Below, in pieces: positions 28,620 through 38,030 of a stretch of DNA of 64,000 nucleotides. Under the pieces are notes generated by a model. That model saw only the letters and a list, made by a program, of their open reading frames with translations, was not told the origin of the DNA and made no database searches. The position numbers were made by a program, and so were the translations under genes. The stretch comes from Thermoplasmatota archaeon (lineage in GTDB: Archaea > Thermoplasmatota > Thermoplasmata > Lutacidiplasmatales > JAMCUS01): the NCBI GenBank assembly GCA_023379385.1, contig JAMCUS010000024.1, positions 30,776 to 94,775 on the forward strand, read 5' to 3'. Each line of letters starts with the position of its first letter. The first letter of the stretch is position 1.

Positions 28620-31553
28620 CTATATTTCGCTGTTAAGAGCATCCCTTATGATTATAATATCGTGTATTGACTCATAAAGCACAGGATCATAATTGTTATT
28701 TAGAAATTTGTTTATTTGTACATCAACCTCTTTCATATTTTTTCTCTCAATAAGATCCTTTAGGATTTGATATATTTGCATGAGGTTGGGGTCCTTATCC
28801 ATGTATGTATCTAAACCATTCATTATATTTATTGCTTTTTTAATATCTGAGGCATGTATCATTGATACAGCCTTTGTTATATAAAAATAAAACAGTAATT
28901 TTTTATTATTCAAAGAATCAAATATATAATATGCGTCGTTAAAATACTTTTCTCCTCTTGATTGTTCATTCAGCAGGTATGACAATAATCCAAGATTGGT
29001 ATCGATCGTACCGAGCAATGATTGCTTTCCCCTTTTTGTAATGATTATTTGTGCCTGAATTAAGAGTTCATACGCCTTTTCCCAGTTTTTTTTATATTTT
29101 TCTATTCTTCCAAATGTGTTAAGAAGGGTACCCTTTTCGTTGAGAAGATTGTATCTTTCAGCTATATCCAGACCTTTTGAAGAATATTCCATAGCCATAT
29201 CATACTCTTTGTTGTTTAAATACAGGTTTGATATATTATTATATATATTACATTCCAGTGACAGATCTGCAATCTTTTTTGCTATATCTATTGCCTTTTT
29301 GTAAAATTCAAGAGAGGTATCCATTTTTTTAAGGCTGGAATAAACTGTGCCAAGACCATTATATGACGACACAAGCAGTTCTGGCGACGAAATATTGAAA
29401 GCAATATCCTGGCAATGCTCAAAATGTTTTTTTGCGTTATCTATGCTTCCCATCTCTATATAAATATACGCAACTCTTTCGTGAATTTTTCCCATACGAA
29501 GAAGATTATCATATTCCATTTTTTGTTTTTTAAGAACATTCAGAATTTTAATATATTCTGTTAGGGCATTGTTTTTTTCGTCATAAGTTTCAAGTAAAAT
29601 TGCGTGAAGAATAAAGAGGCTAGCGTCGTTAGAATCCTTGTTGAGCAGCATATTTACAAGAGATATCATTTCTCTGCCCAAGCCTGCATCTATCATGTTT
29701 AGGTAATGTTTTACTAAAGAACTTTTGGCTTCAATGATTTTATCACAATTTATAGCATGATATACCATTTCATATGTTATAACACCTATTCCCTCCTTTG
29801 TCTTATTAGATATGTTCAGATAGTGGTCGTATGCAAGTTCATGCCACCTTTTTTTTAGATCCTCTGAACTGTATTTATTGAAATACTCTCTGATAAGATC
29901 ATGTATTGATATAAGGTTTGTATTTGAGACGTATACGAAACCCTTTTTAATAAGCTGTTTAAGAATTGACTTATCCTTATCATCTTTTGTAATCGTATAT
30001 TCAGGCACCGGGTATCTGTAAATTGATACTTTACCCAGCAAATCTCTTTCAGTATCTGTAAGTTTTGAATTAATTGATTTATCTATGAAACTTTTGATGT
30101 TACTATCTATAATTGACAGGTCTGATTCGTTGTCTATAAGTGTGAGAAGGAGTGGATGTCCTGAAGTTATCTTATGTATCTCTTTGACAACCCTTTCGTT
30201 CGTGATATCCTTCAACTTTAAAAAACTAATTGTTCCATTAAGATCAAACCCAGATACATAAATGTCATTTATAGATGAAAATATATTGTCAGATGCTTTT
30301 TCCCTTCCCAAAAGGATCAGATTGCCTTTTTTACTCTTCTTCATAACTTCATTCAGTATTCTGTATATATGCGATAAAACATCAACAGCATATTGGATAT
30401 TGTCAAATATTATTAAAAGATCTGGAATGGCCTGAACATCATCGTAAAAAATTTTTTCAATGACAGATCTATTTACAGAGTCAGAGGTACTGAGATAGGT
30501 AGATAAATAGGGCCTGTTTAATGTAGAAAGATGTGTGGCAATAAGTTCCATAATATGCAATTCAGATATGCCTTCATATAGATCAATCCATATTATACTG
30601 TTTTTTTTATCTTCTAAATATTTTTTCACTATAGAGCTTTTACCTATACCGGCTATTCCCCATATAAGAACCGATTCTCCGGATAATTTTAAAATATCAT
30701 TCATTTTTGTTAAATAGGTCTCTCTATCCACAAAATTATTCTGTTCATATTTATTACCATTTTTTGGAGGTTGTTCTGAATCTCCAACTGCATTGAGTTC
30801 TTTTTCATTTTTTATTACGTTAGTTTCCCCTTCTAGAATTGCAAGCATACGTTTAGATACGCTATCAACGGATATTGGTAAAATAAATGTTATGTTGTAT
30901 ATTGTAACATAATCAATTATCTGGTGTATAAATTTTACAATGGAATCTTCTCCATTGTGCGTAGCAAGAAAATCAATTCCATCCAGAAAAAGCATATCAC
31001 CATTTGATAAGGTACTTGTTATTGTCAAAAGAATAGTTACAATTTTAGTAGGGTCTATACTGTCTTCAGCCTGAATTTTGGTAAACCAGTATGTTTTTAC
31101 ATGTTCATTATTCTCAATAAATCCTCTTTTTGCAGGTCGTGATAATATCAATGCCTTTGAATTGCCATGAATTAATGAATAAAATTTTTTATATACCAGT
31201 TTTGGAGCTAGATCCTCAATTAAATAAATTTTACCAGTATTTGCAGTATTTGTATTGAGAATATTTTCAGAAGGCAAAGTCTCCTTAACGTTCCTGCTAA
31301 ATAACCAGTTTATAGCATCCTGATCATCGAGTTTTTTTGCATATTTTTTCCCCTTAATAGTCAGTGAAAAAATCACATTATCATATAGTGGCATCTTTTC
31401 TATCAATTCTTTATTCATAAGATTTTTAAGTGCAGCGCTCACGTCACTTTCAGATATTGATAATATTCTCGACAAATTCTTCAAATTACTTTTATTATCT
31501 TTAGCATCCCAATTATAAAGGTATAACAGAATCCTTTCCTCCAAAAGCTTCAA
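28620..31553 (-). CDS. STAND-type P-loop NTPase with N-terminal winged-helix plus an unknown (DUF835-like?) domain and C-terminal TPR repeats
   Basis: HTH-like 'LKNLSRILSISESDVSAALKNLMNKELIEK', Walker A 'VLIWGIAGIGKSSIV', Walker B-like 'LLIIFDNIQ'. The C-terminal about 430 aa contain repeated TPR-like 34-aa helical units. Confidence 0.6.
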   Translation of the reverse strand: MKLLEERILLYLYNWDAKDNKSNLKNLSRILSISESDVSAALKNLMNKELIEKMPLYDNVIFSLTIKGKKYAKKLDDQDAINWLFSRNVKETLPSENILNTNTANTGKIYLIEDLAPKLVYKKFYSLIHGNSKALILSRPAKRGFIENNEHVKTYWFTKIQAEDSIDPTKIVTILLTITSTLSNGDMLFLDGIDFLATHNGEDSIVKFIHQIIDYVTIYNITFILPISVDSVSKRMLAILEGETNVIKNEKELNAVGDSEQPPKNGNKYEQNNFVDRETYLTKMNDILKLSGESVLIWGIAGIGKSSIVKKYLEDKKNSIIWIDLYEGISELHIMELIATHLSTLNRPYLSTYLSTSDSVNRSVIEKIFYDDVQAIPDLLIIFDNIQYAVDVLSHIYRILNEVMKKSKKGNLILLGREKASDNIFSSINDIYVSGFDLNGTISFLKLKDITNERVVKEIHKITSGHPLLLTLIDNESDLSIIDSNIKSFIDKSINSKLTDTERDLLGKVSIYRYPVPEYTITKDDKDKSILKQLIKKGFVYVSNTNLISIHDLIREYFNKYSSEDLKKRWHELAYDHYLNISNKTKEGIGVITYEMVYHAINCDKIIEAKSSLVKHYLNMIDAGLGREMISLVNMLLNKDSNDASLFILHAILLETYDEKNNALTEYIKILNVLKKQKMEYDNLLRMGKIHERVAYIYIEMGSIDNAKKHFEHCQDIAFNISSPELLVSSYNGLGTVYSSLKKMDTSLEFYKKAIDIAKKIADLSLECNIYNNISNLYLNNKEYDMAMEYSSKGLDIAERYNLLNEKGTLLNTFGRIEKYKKNWEKAYELLIQAQIIITKRGKQSLLGTIDTNLGLLSYLLNEQSRGEKYFNDAYYIFDSLNNKKLLFYFYITKAVSMIHASDIKKAINIMNGLDTYMDKDPNLMQIYQILKDLIERKNMKEVDVQINKFLNNNYDPVLYESIHDIIIIRDALNSEI

Positions 31554-31644
31554 TAGTAATCCCTATATTAGGAAATGTGAATGATACTAAAATCTTTTTC
31601 CTATCAAAATTAGATATTTTATAGATACTAATTATTTTGATATA

Positions 31645-31753
31645 TAGCCCCGGCAGGATTTTCTCAATATTATTCGAACCTGCGTCGCGGGATGTCTCCA
31701 GATATTGTGCATCTGCCAGAGTCCCACATGATTGACCACTACACTACGGGGCT
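31645..31753 (-). tRNA. tRNA-Gln (anticodon CUG) carrying two insertions (putative introns): 22 nt in the anticodon loop (37/38) and about 14 nt at the T-loop/T-stem junction (about 59-61)
   Basis: Minus-strand read: AGCCCCG-TA-GTGTAGTGGTCAATCAT-G-TGGGA-CTCTGG[cagatgcacaatatctggagac]A-TCCCG-CGAC-GCAGG-TTCGAAT[aatattgagaaaat]CCTGC-CGGGGCT-A. Perfect 7-bp acceptor stem with A1:U72, GGTTCGAAT T-loop. Confidence 0.55.
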
Positions 31754-32072
31754 ATCAGATACGATTATAATTTACATAGATATATATGTTTCAGTGAAGT
31801 ATCCTGTCTTTATGAATTGGTTGTTCATTCCTCAGTTTATTTTTAAAAATTTAACTCTGCGAACTGGAAGTTTCATTTCGCAAGAGAGGGGATGAATGCG
31901 AGCAAAATATTTTTATAGTTTTGTAAGGATACACTAGCTTTTATTAATATTAGAAAAATGTCCTACCGTTAACTTTTTCATGGTAGTAACAATGAAAATA
32001 TTTATTGCTTAGTAGTTACATATTAATATACAATAATTAATCTAACGGTTATAGGTCCGTTTAGAATATGAA

Positions 32073-32900
32073 ATGAAGTGGTGTTATATGGGTGTAGAAA
32101 ATGAACTGAAAGTTATTAAATGTCCTAAATGTAATAAATATGTAGATGCAAGACAGGCGATATGTACTTTCTGCGGAACTGATTTGTCCAATACAAAACA
32201 TGAATCCGAAATTGAATTGACGGGTGCTGTAAAAGAGTATATGGAGGATATTTCCAAGAGGCAGCAGGAACTACTTAAACTTGATGAACAGGTACGAATT
32301 AAAGACTCTGAAATCAAAAAGGTTGAAGAACGATTAAAAATCAGAATAGATGCAATAAAATCTGAACTAGATAGAATTCGTATAAGAGAATATAAAGTAA
32401 AACAGAAAGAGGTAGAACTCCTTAAAAGGGAAGATGATTTGGTTAAAAAAGAAAAGGAGATTAAAGATAGGCTGGACGAACTTGAAAAAAAGGAGAAAGA
32501 GTTTGCAGTAAATAACAGCAAGGTACAGACACTACTGGATGCATCTAAAAAGGATATAACTGATTTAACAGAGGCTACTGTTGACGAAAAGCTTATTAAA
32601 ATAGCCAAATATAATGATGAAATAGAGGCAAAGGAGGAGAAGCTTAATAAAATATTAACAGCAATAAAAAATGAGATGATAAAAATTCACGAGGAAAAAA
32701 AGAGTATTGAAGAAAAGTTATATAACCTGGGTAAAGAAAAAGAAAAAAATATGGCATTGTTAGATATAATTAAAAAAAAGGAGACTAAACATATTTTATT
32801 CAGTTATTCCAAAAAGAAAACAGTTGAATGTCCAAAATGTGGTTCGTTAAACAGTGAAGAATCAACAACATGCGAGATATGTGAATACACTTTAAAATGA
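32073..32900 (+). CDS. hypothetical coiled-coil protein with N- and C-terminal zinc ribbons
   Basis: 'CPKCNKYVDARQAICTFCG' and 'CPKCGSLNSEESTTCEICEY' flank about 200 aa of E/K-rich heptad-like sequence. Confidence 0.45.
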   Translation: MKWCYMGVENELKVIKCPKCNKYVDARQAICTFCGTDLSNTKHESEIELTGAVKEYMEDISKRQQELLKLDEQVRIKDSEIKKVEERLKIRIDAIKSELDRIRIREYKVKQKEVELLKREDDLVKKEKEIKDRLDELEKKEKEFAVNNSKVQTLLDASKKDITDLTEATVDEKLIKIAKYNDEIEAKEEKLNKILTAIKNEMIKIHEEKKSIEEKLYNLGKEKEKNMALLDIIKKKETKHILFSYSKKKTVECPKCGSLNSEESTTCEICEYTLK

Positions 32901-35350
32901 AGGTTATGAAATTATTTATATACTGGGCAATAATAATACTTTTTCTGACATCATTTATAGGTGCTACGGCAGCCGGTAGTGTTGCAACACAACCTCATTC
33001 TACCAATATGGTACTGATCAATGGATATGATAAACTTGGCACATTTGTAAAATATATGCCTGATAACATCAACTTATCATTCGTAGTAGCCTTGAATTTA
33101 AGAAATGAGATTATGCTTCAAAACATCCTATCAAATCACATAAAAATTTCCAGAAATGCGTTTATAAATAACATATCTCCGACGTTAAACGTTACAAATG
33201 TTGTTGAAGGTTATTTTAGAGGGTATGGATTGAATCTGTACACCTACAGTGATCGATTGAATCTGTTTGTGAGTGGTCCTGTAATGGGTGTCAATAGAGC
33301 ATTAAGTACCGATATGGCTTATTACATGATAAATAAGGGAATATACTATCATCCTGCATCATCTATATATCTGCCCAGAACTATAGCAATCTACATTTCA
33401 TCCATTACTGGATTAAACAGTTACAACGACACACTACATATATCATCACTTTACTATCACCATATAAACATACCGTCTAATGCAGGTAAATATTTTTATA
33501 CACAGAATGGCAATCAATATTTTTATGGTTCTGCATTTCAATTTGCATTTGGCGCGGACAAAATATTTTCTAAAAACATATATCCGGTTAATCAAACGAT
33601 TATAAATTTAATGTGGCAGGGTGTAAATTCAAATGATACCCCGGTAGGCCCCTACTACCCACCAGATATTACCAACTATATTAATGCAACATATCCACCC
33701 AATGAGCCATTACCAACTATACATTATATAGGTGTGCCGTACAATGGAATTCCAATAGTCAATCCAGGTAGCTCTGCACTACAGGAAATGTCTCCCCAGT
33801 ATGCAAGGTCTGAAAATACGGTTGATCTTGATATGTTGGCAACAAATTCCCCTGGAGCGAATATATATGATGTATATGCATCTACCAATACACTTGCCGC
33901 TATGATAAATGCTCTGGAGTATGCTTTAAATGATAAAGCTCTAACAAACGTATCTGTTATATCAAATTCATGGGGAACCTCTGATACCTTTAGTACATCA
34001 TGGAATAATCTTATAATGGAGGCGAATAGCAGAAGTATCACCGTTTTAGCTGCCAGCGGGGATTCGGGAAATAATGCGGTAATGTTTCCAGCTACAGATG
34101 CTAACAATACTTATGGCGTTGTAGCTGTGGGTGGCGTAACAATAACCATTTCAGGAACTCCATCATCTCCAGGGTATGTTAATTATGCGACTGTATGGAT
34201 AAACAGCAATATAGGAAAAGTTATAGGAACCACGGCTGGAATAAGCAACGTGTACAGTGAGCCATCATGGCAGGTTAACAGTATAGCCAATAAGCTGATC
34301 AATGGTAAAGGTAGAGGTGTTGCTGATATATCGTCTGTTGCTAATAATACGATTATTTATATGTATCCGTACAACAATGTAATTATGGAGGGTACAAGTG
34401 TAGCTACCCCTGTAACAGCATCACAGATATCTGTCATTGACGCCTACAGGCATAACTTTCTTGGATTTTTTTTACCTGAACTATATAAACTCGGAGATAA
34501 TGCTTCGACATATACCAACCCACCGTTTTTCTCTGTCTATAACGGAAGTACATTAAATTATTCAGCTCAACCTGGCTGGAGTTTTCCTACAGGGTTTGGA
34601 ATTATCTATCCATATTATTTTTCAATAGATATGTCTGGGTTGTCTGTAATAGTTACTCCAAACAGAGATGGTGGTACACAACTTCCTCTTAACGTGTCTT
34701 TTAATATTCATACATATGATGGCATAGCTCCTTACAATTACACCATATATTTTGGTAATGCAAGTAGAACTATGTTTACTGATCTGAATAATAATAGCCT
34801 GAGAGTATACCATATATTCAATAAAAAGGGTATATATCCGGTTACAGTAAATGTAACCGACAGCAAAGATAAATCCGGAAATATGACAATTTATATATAT
34901 GCTGGATATCCCCTATTCGCCAACTTATCTGTCAATGTTTATTCACAAAATATTGTGGCATCATATATTGCGTCAGTTACTATTGAACCCCATAGTGGCG
35001 TGTTACCGTACACTATAACATGGTCCTTTAGTGATGGGCAATCAGGAACTGTAATAACAAATGGAACGGTTATAGCAAGCAACCATTACATGCTTCCAGG
35101 TAGCTATCAATTCTCTGTTACCGTCACTGATTCCAACAATGGTACTTTTTCAAAAAATATTACGATCAATATTGTATCTAACTATACCTCTACAATATCC
35201 AATGATCTTTCTCCAATAAGCAAACTCTTCTTTGACCTGAATATATATACAATCATTCTTTATCTAATAGCTATACCGGCAGCCGTTATTGCTGTTATAT
35301 ACAGAAAAACAAAACCTCCAGAGCATAGAATACATGTAACCTATAAATAA
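32897..35350 (+). CDS. secreted S53-family (sedolisin/kumamolisin-like) serine-carboxyl peptidase with C-terminal PKD-like repeats and a TM anchor
   Basis: Signal peptide; pro-domain-like N-terminus; 'AASGDSGN' and 'EGTSVATPV' (GTSxAxP catalytic Ser) with no subtilisin HGT motif; C-terminal TM 'IILYLIAIPAAVIAVIY'. ATGA overlap with the upstream gene. Confidence 0.5.
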   Translation: MKVMKLFIYWAIIILFLTSFIGATAAGSVATQPHSTNMVLINGYDKLGTFVKYMPDNINLSFVVALNLRNEIMLQNILSNHIKISRNAFINNISPTLNVTNVVEGYFRGYGLNLYTYSDRLNLFVSGPVMGVNRALSTDMAYYMINKGIYYHPASSIYLPRTIAIYISSITGLNSYNDTLHISSLYYHHINIPSNAGKYFYTQNGNQYFYGSAFQFAFGADKIFSKNIYPVNQTIINLMWQGVNSNDTPVGPYYPPDITNYINATYPPNEPLPTIHYIGVPYNGIPIVNPGSSALQEMSPQYARSENTVDLDMLATNSPGANIYDVYASTNTLAAMINALEYALNDKALTNVSVISNSWGTSDTFSTSWNNLIMEANSRSITVLAASGDSGNNAVMFPATDANNTYGVVAVGGVTITISGTPSSPGYVNYATVWINSNIGKVIGTTAGISNVYSEPSWQVNSIANKLINGKGRGVADISSVANNTIIYMYPYNNVIMEGTSVATPVTASQISVIDAYRHNFLGFFLPELYKLGDNASTYTNPPFFSVYNGSTLNYSAQPGWSFPTGFGIIYPYYFSIDMSGLSVIVTPNRDGGTQLPLNVSFNIHTYDGIAPYNYTIYFGNASRTMFTDLNNNSLRVYHIFNKKGIYPVTVNVTDSKDKSGNMTIYIYAGYPLFANLSVNVYSQNIVASYIASVTIEPHSGVLPYTITWSFSDGQSGTVITNGTVIASNHYMLPGSYQFSVTVTDSNNGTFSKNITINIVSNYTSTISNDLSPISKLFFDLNIYTIILYLIAIPAAVIAVIYRKTKPPEHRIHVTYK

Positions 35351-35353
35351 ACC

Positions 35354-37192
35354 CTATTTTTTTATGTTTGGATAGGGAATTTTAAACATTTTTGTAAAGT
35401 ACCTTTTCTGTTCATACGTAGGTTTCTTGGATAATGAAATAGTCACATCTGATAACGGCTGGTCAGGTATAATATCTGCTGTATGAATCATACCATTTCT
35501 TGACACGATCAATCTGTATTTTCTATCAGGTGATAAATGTAATATAAGATCATTTACGTTTTCACCAGTTGCTCTTATATCATCTATTGCTATAAGTTCG
35601 TCAGCAGGGCATAATCCCGCCTTCTCTGCAGGAGATCCCCTATACACGACTTTTAATTTTAATTCTCCATCCATTTCAAGGCCAATATATGGATTATCCT
35701 TTTTTTTCATATCCTGCAATAAGCCAACATACGATAGATACCTTTTAAAATCTATTTCATCAGTTGTATATACAAGTTTTTTTATAATATTACGCAATGA
35801 TATTGTATCCAGGGCATCATCCATTATATCTACAATATTTTTTTCATCAAAACCTGATGTTTTATAATTTTTCCACATATATGCCATAAGATCATCCAAT
35901 GAATATTTTCCGTCGCTATTTTTAATAATATACAAATTAAGAATAAGCGCAATAAGTTCCCCTTTTTCATAATATGATACTGTACTGTTTACAGAATCTG
36001 GAGTTGGCTTATAAAATTTTATCCATGAATCAAAGCTAGAATCTGCAACCGACTGTATTAACCGTCCTGGTTTATTACGATAACTACTGATAGCTTTGCC
36101 CAGATATTCAATGTAATGACCAATATCATAACATTTTGCCCTGAGTGGTATTATATTTCCATAATAATTTGTAAAACCTTCATGAAACCAGAGAGTTTCT
36201 GTATACACTTCACTATCGTAGTTATAGGGAATAAGTTTTTTGGTTCTCAATCCTTTAACATTCCACATATGAAAATATTCATGTGCTATTACAGACAAAA
36301 GTATATTGTATTTTTTAATATCATTATAATTGAATGCTTCTGCTGGAAGCATTATTGATGATGAATTAATATGTTCAAGTCCTCCTCCACTGTTTCTGGT
36401 TCCAATATGAAATGAAAAATGGTATTTTTTCATATTTGGCCAGTCATTAAAAATTTTATACGATTCAAGTACAATTTTTTTAGAATTTTTTAATATTTTT
36501 GCATAATCTATTTTTTTATTAAAATTGCATAATGTAATACTGTGGCTTTTATCATTTACTATAAAATCTTTTTTAACTACGTTTCCTGATATATCAATTG
36601 GTGAATCCACCAGTTCATCATAATTCTCAGAATATAGTGTATTTTTATCTATAAATTTCAAGGATGTAAAAATTCTCCAGTGTTCAGGAATATCAAATTT
36701 GATTCTTACAGGTGCGTCTCTGTATACAGGTGAATAAATAAAGGAGGATGCGGGTATTATCTGTGCGTGAAATTTATCCATGTATGATGTTCTTACTGAC
36801 AATTCACCCATATAGACGGTATATTCTATTTTGATCTGATTACCACCTTTATTAGTCACCAACCAATGGTTTTTATCAATCTTTATAAGCATAGATATAT
36901 CATCAACTGTTTCAATCATCTCTATGTATCTTCCGAAATCCCTTATAACATATGAACCTGGAGTCCAGTTAGGTATTGAAATTATCAATTTGTCTATTTT
37001 TTTGGGTATTGTATAAACAATCGTAGCTGTATGCGTTTCAGGATGTTTCAGTGATACTGTATATTCTACAATTTCTGTCATATTTTTATATATTCTCATA
37101 TCAAATATAAATATATCTATTACATTTAACCATTTTATTGACAGGTTAGCTGCATTTTTTGGAATAATACCCAGCATGAAGGATTCATCCAC
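35354..37192 (-). CDS. M61-family glycyl aminopeptidase with a C-terminal PDZ domain
   Basis: 'HEYFHMWNVKGL' HExxH motif characteristic of M61; PDZ-like 'GLEMDGELKLKVVYRGSPAEKAGLCPADELIAIDD'. Confidence 0.65.
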   Translation of the reverse strand: MDESFMLGIIPKNAANLSIKWLNVIDIFIFDMRIYKNMTEIVEYTVSLKHPETHTATIVYTIPKKIDKLIISIPNWTPGSYVIRDFGRYIEMIETVDDISMLIKIDKNHWLVTNKGGNQIKIEYTVYMGELSVRTSYMDKFHAQIIPASSFIYSPVYRDAPVRIKFDIPEHWRIFTSLKFIDKNTLYSENYDELVDSPIDISGNVVKKDFIVNDKSHSITLCNFNKKIDYAKILKNSKKIVLESYKIFNDWPNMKKYHFSFHIGTRNSGGGLEHINSSSIMLPAEAFNYNDIKKYNILLSVIAHEYFHMWNVKGLRTKKLIPYNYDSEVYTETLWFHEGFTNYYGNIIPLRAKCYDIGHYIEYLGKAISSYRNKPGRLIQSVADSSFDSWIKFYKPTPDSVNSTVSYYEKGELIALILNLYIIKNSDGKYSLDDLMAYMWKNYKTSGFDEKNIVDIMDDALDTISLRNIIKKLVYTTDEIDFKRYLSYVGLLQDMKKKDNPYIGLEMDGELKLKVVYRGSPAEKAGLCPADELIAIDDIRATGENVNDLILHLSPDRKYRLIVSRNGMIHTADIIPDQPLSDVTISLSKKPTYEQKRYFTKMFKIPYPNIKK

Positions 37193-37466
37193 AATAAAGA
37201 GGAGGGGTCACATGTCAAAGGAAGGTGCACAGACAGCGAGATGGGCACTCTCCGTAGCGGTAGACGCAATAATACTGAGAAATAAACCCATCAACGAATA
37301 CTATAATTCAATCAAGAAAAGGAAGGGGTCAGGTAGGTTTGCACATGTGTCCACAATGCGCAAACTCACGAGAATGATATACAAAATGCTAACGGAGAAA
37401 GAGGAGTGGAAATATCAAAGTCCTGTACTGACAGAGAAGAAGCTGCCAAAGCTTGAGGAGGAATGA
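37176..37466 (+). pseudogene. C-terminal fragment of an IS110-family transposase (remnant)
   Basis: 'AQTARWALSVAVDAIILRNKPINEYYNSIKKRKGSGRFAHVSTMRKLTRMIYKMLTEKEEW' matches the conserved C-terminal domain of IS110/IS116/IS902 transposases. The N-terminal DEDD domain is absent. Confidence 0.55.
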
Positions 37467-38030
37467 ATCAATCCGGATAAACAGGTCAACGAAACCTGCT
37501 GCATGGCTATGCCCTACATGAGTCAAATATTTGAACTCTTAGTGCTGAGTGCCAGTATCTGTCTTCGCTGTATTGTCAGATTGCATCTATGAATGCTTAT
37601 GCGTGTTTGCGAAAAGGCAGAAAAGGCAGGTTTCGCCCTGGTCCATAGGATAGGATCATAAGGATGGAGATGTTAACTATGTAACGGTGAAGGGCTGACC
37701 TTAGATTTTACATGTGTGTAAGAGAGCAAAATATTTTGACAAAGTATTCAAAAAATCACCCTCAAAAAATATTTTTTAGGATTAAAATAAACCGTTTTTG
37801 GTATTCTTTTACAGCCTGTTGAGTAAAAACAACGATACATCCATTGATCAAGGTATAATTCTATACGACTTTATTTAGCATATTTTTCTTTTTGCATGTT
37901 TTTACTGGTTGTACAGGATATATATCCAGTACAAAAAGTAAAAGAATAAATATAATGTAAACATATAGAATAGATGCAGGATACGAGCATGGCATATTAA
38001 TTCATATCTTAATGTTGTGGTGTACATATC

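Noticed and set aside
32084-32608. 174-aa Ser-rich ORF on the minus strand
   Set aside because: Low-complexity antisense reading of the E/K-rich coiled-coil gene (GAA/AAA repeats read as TTC/TTT gives S/F/L).
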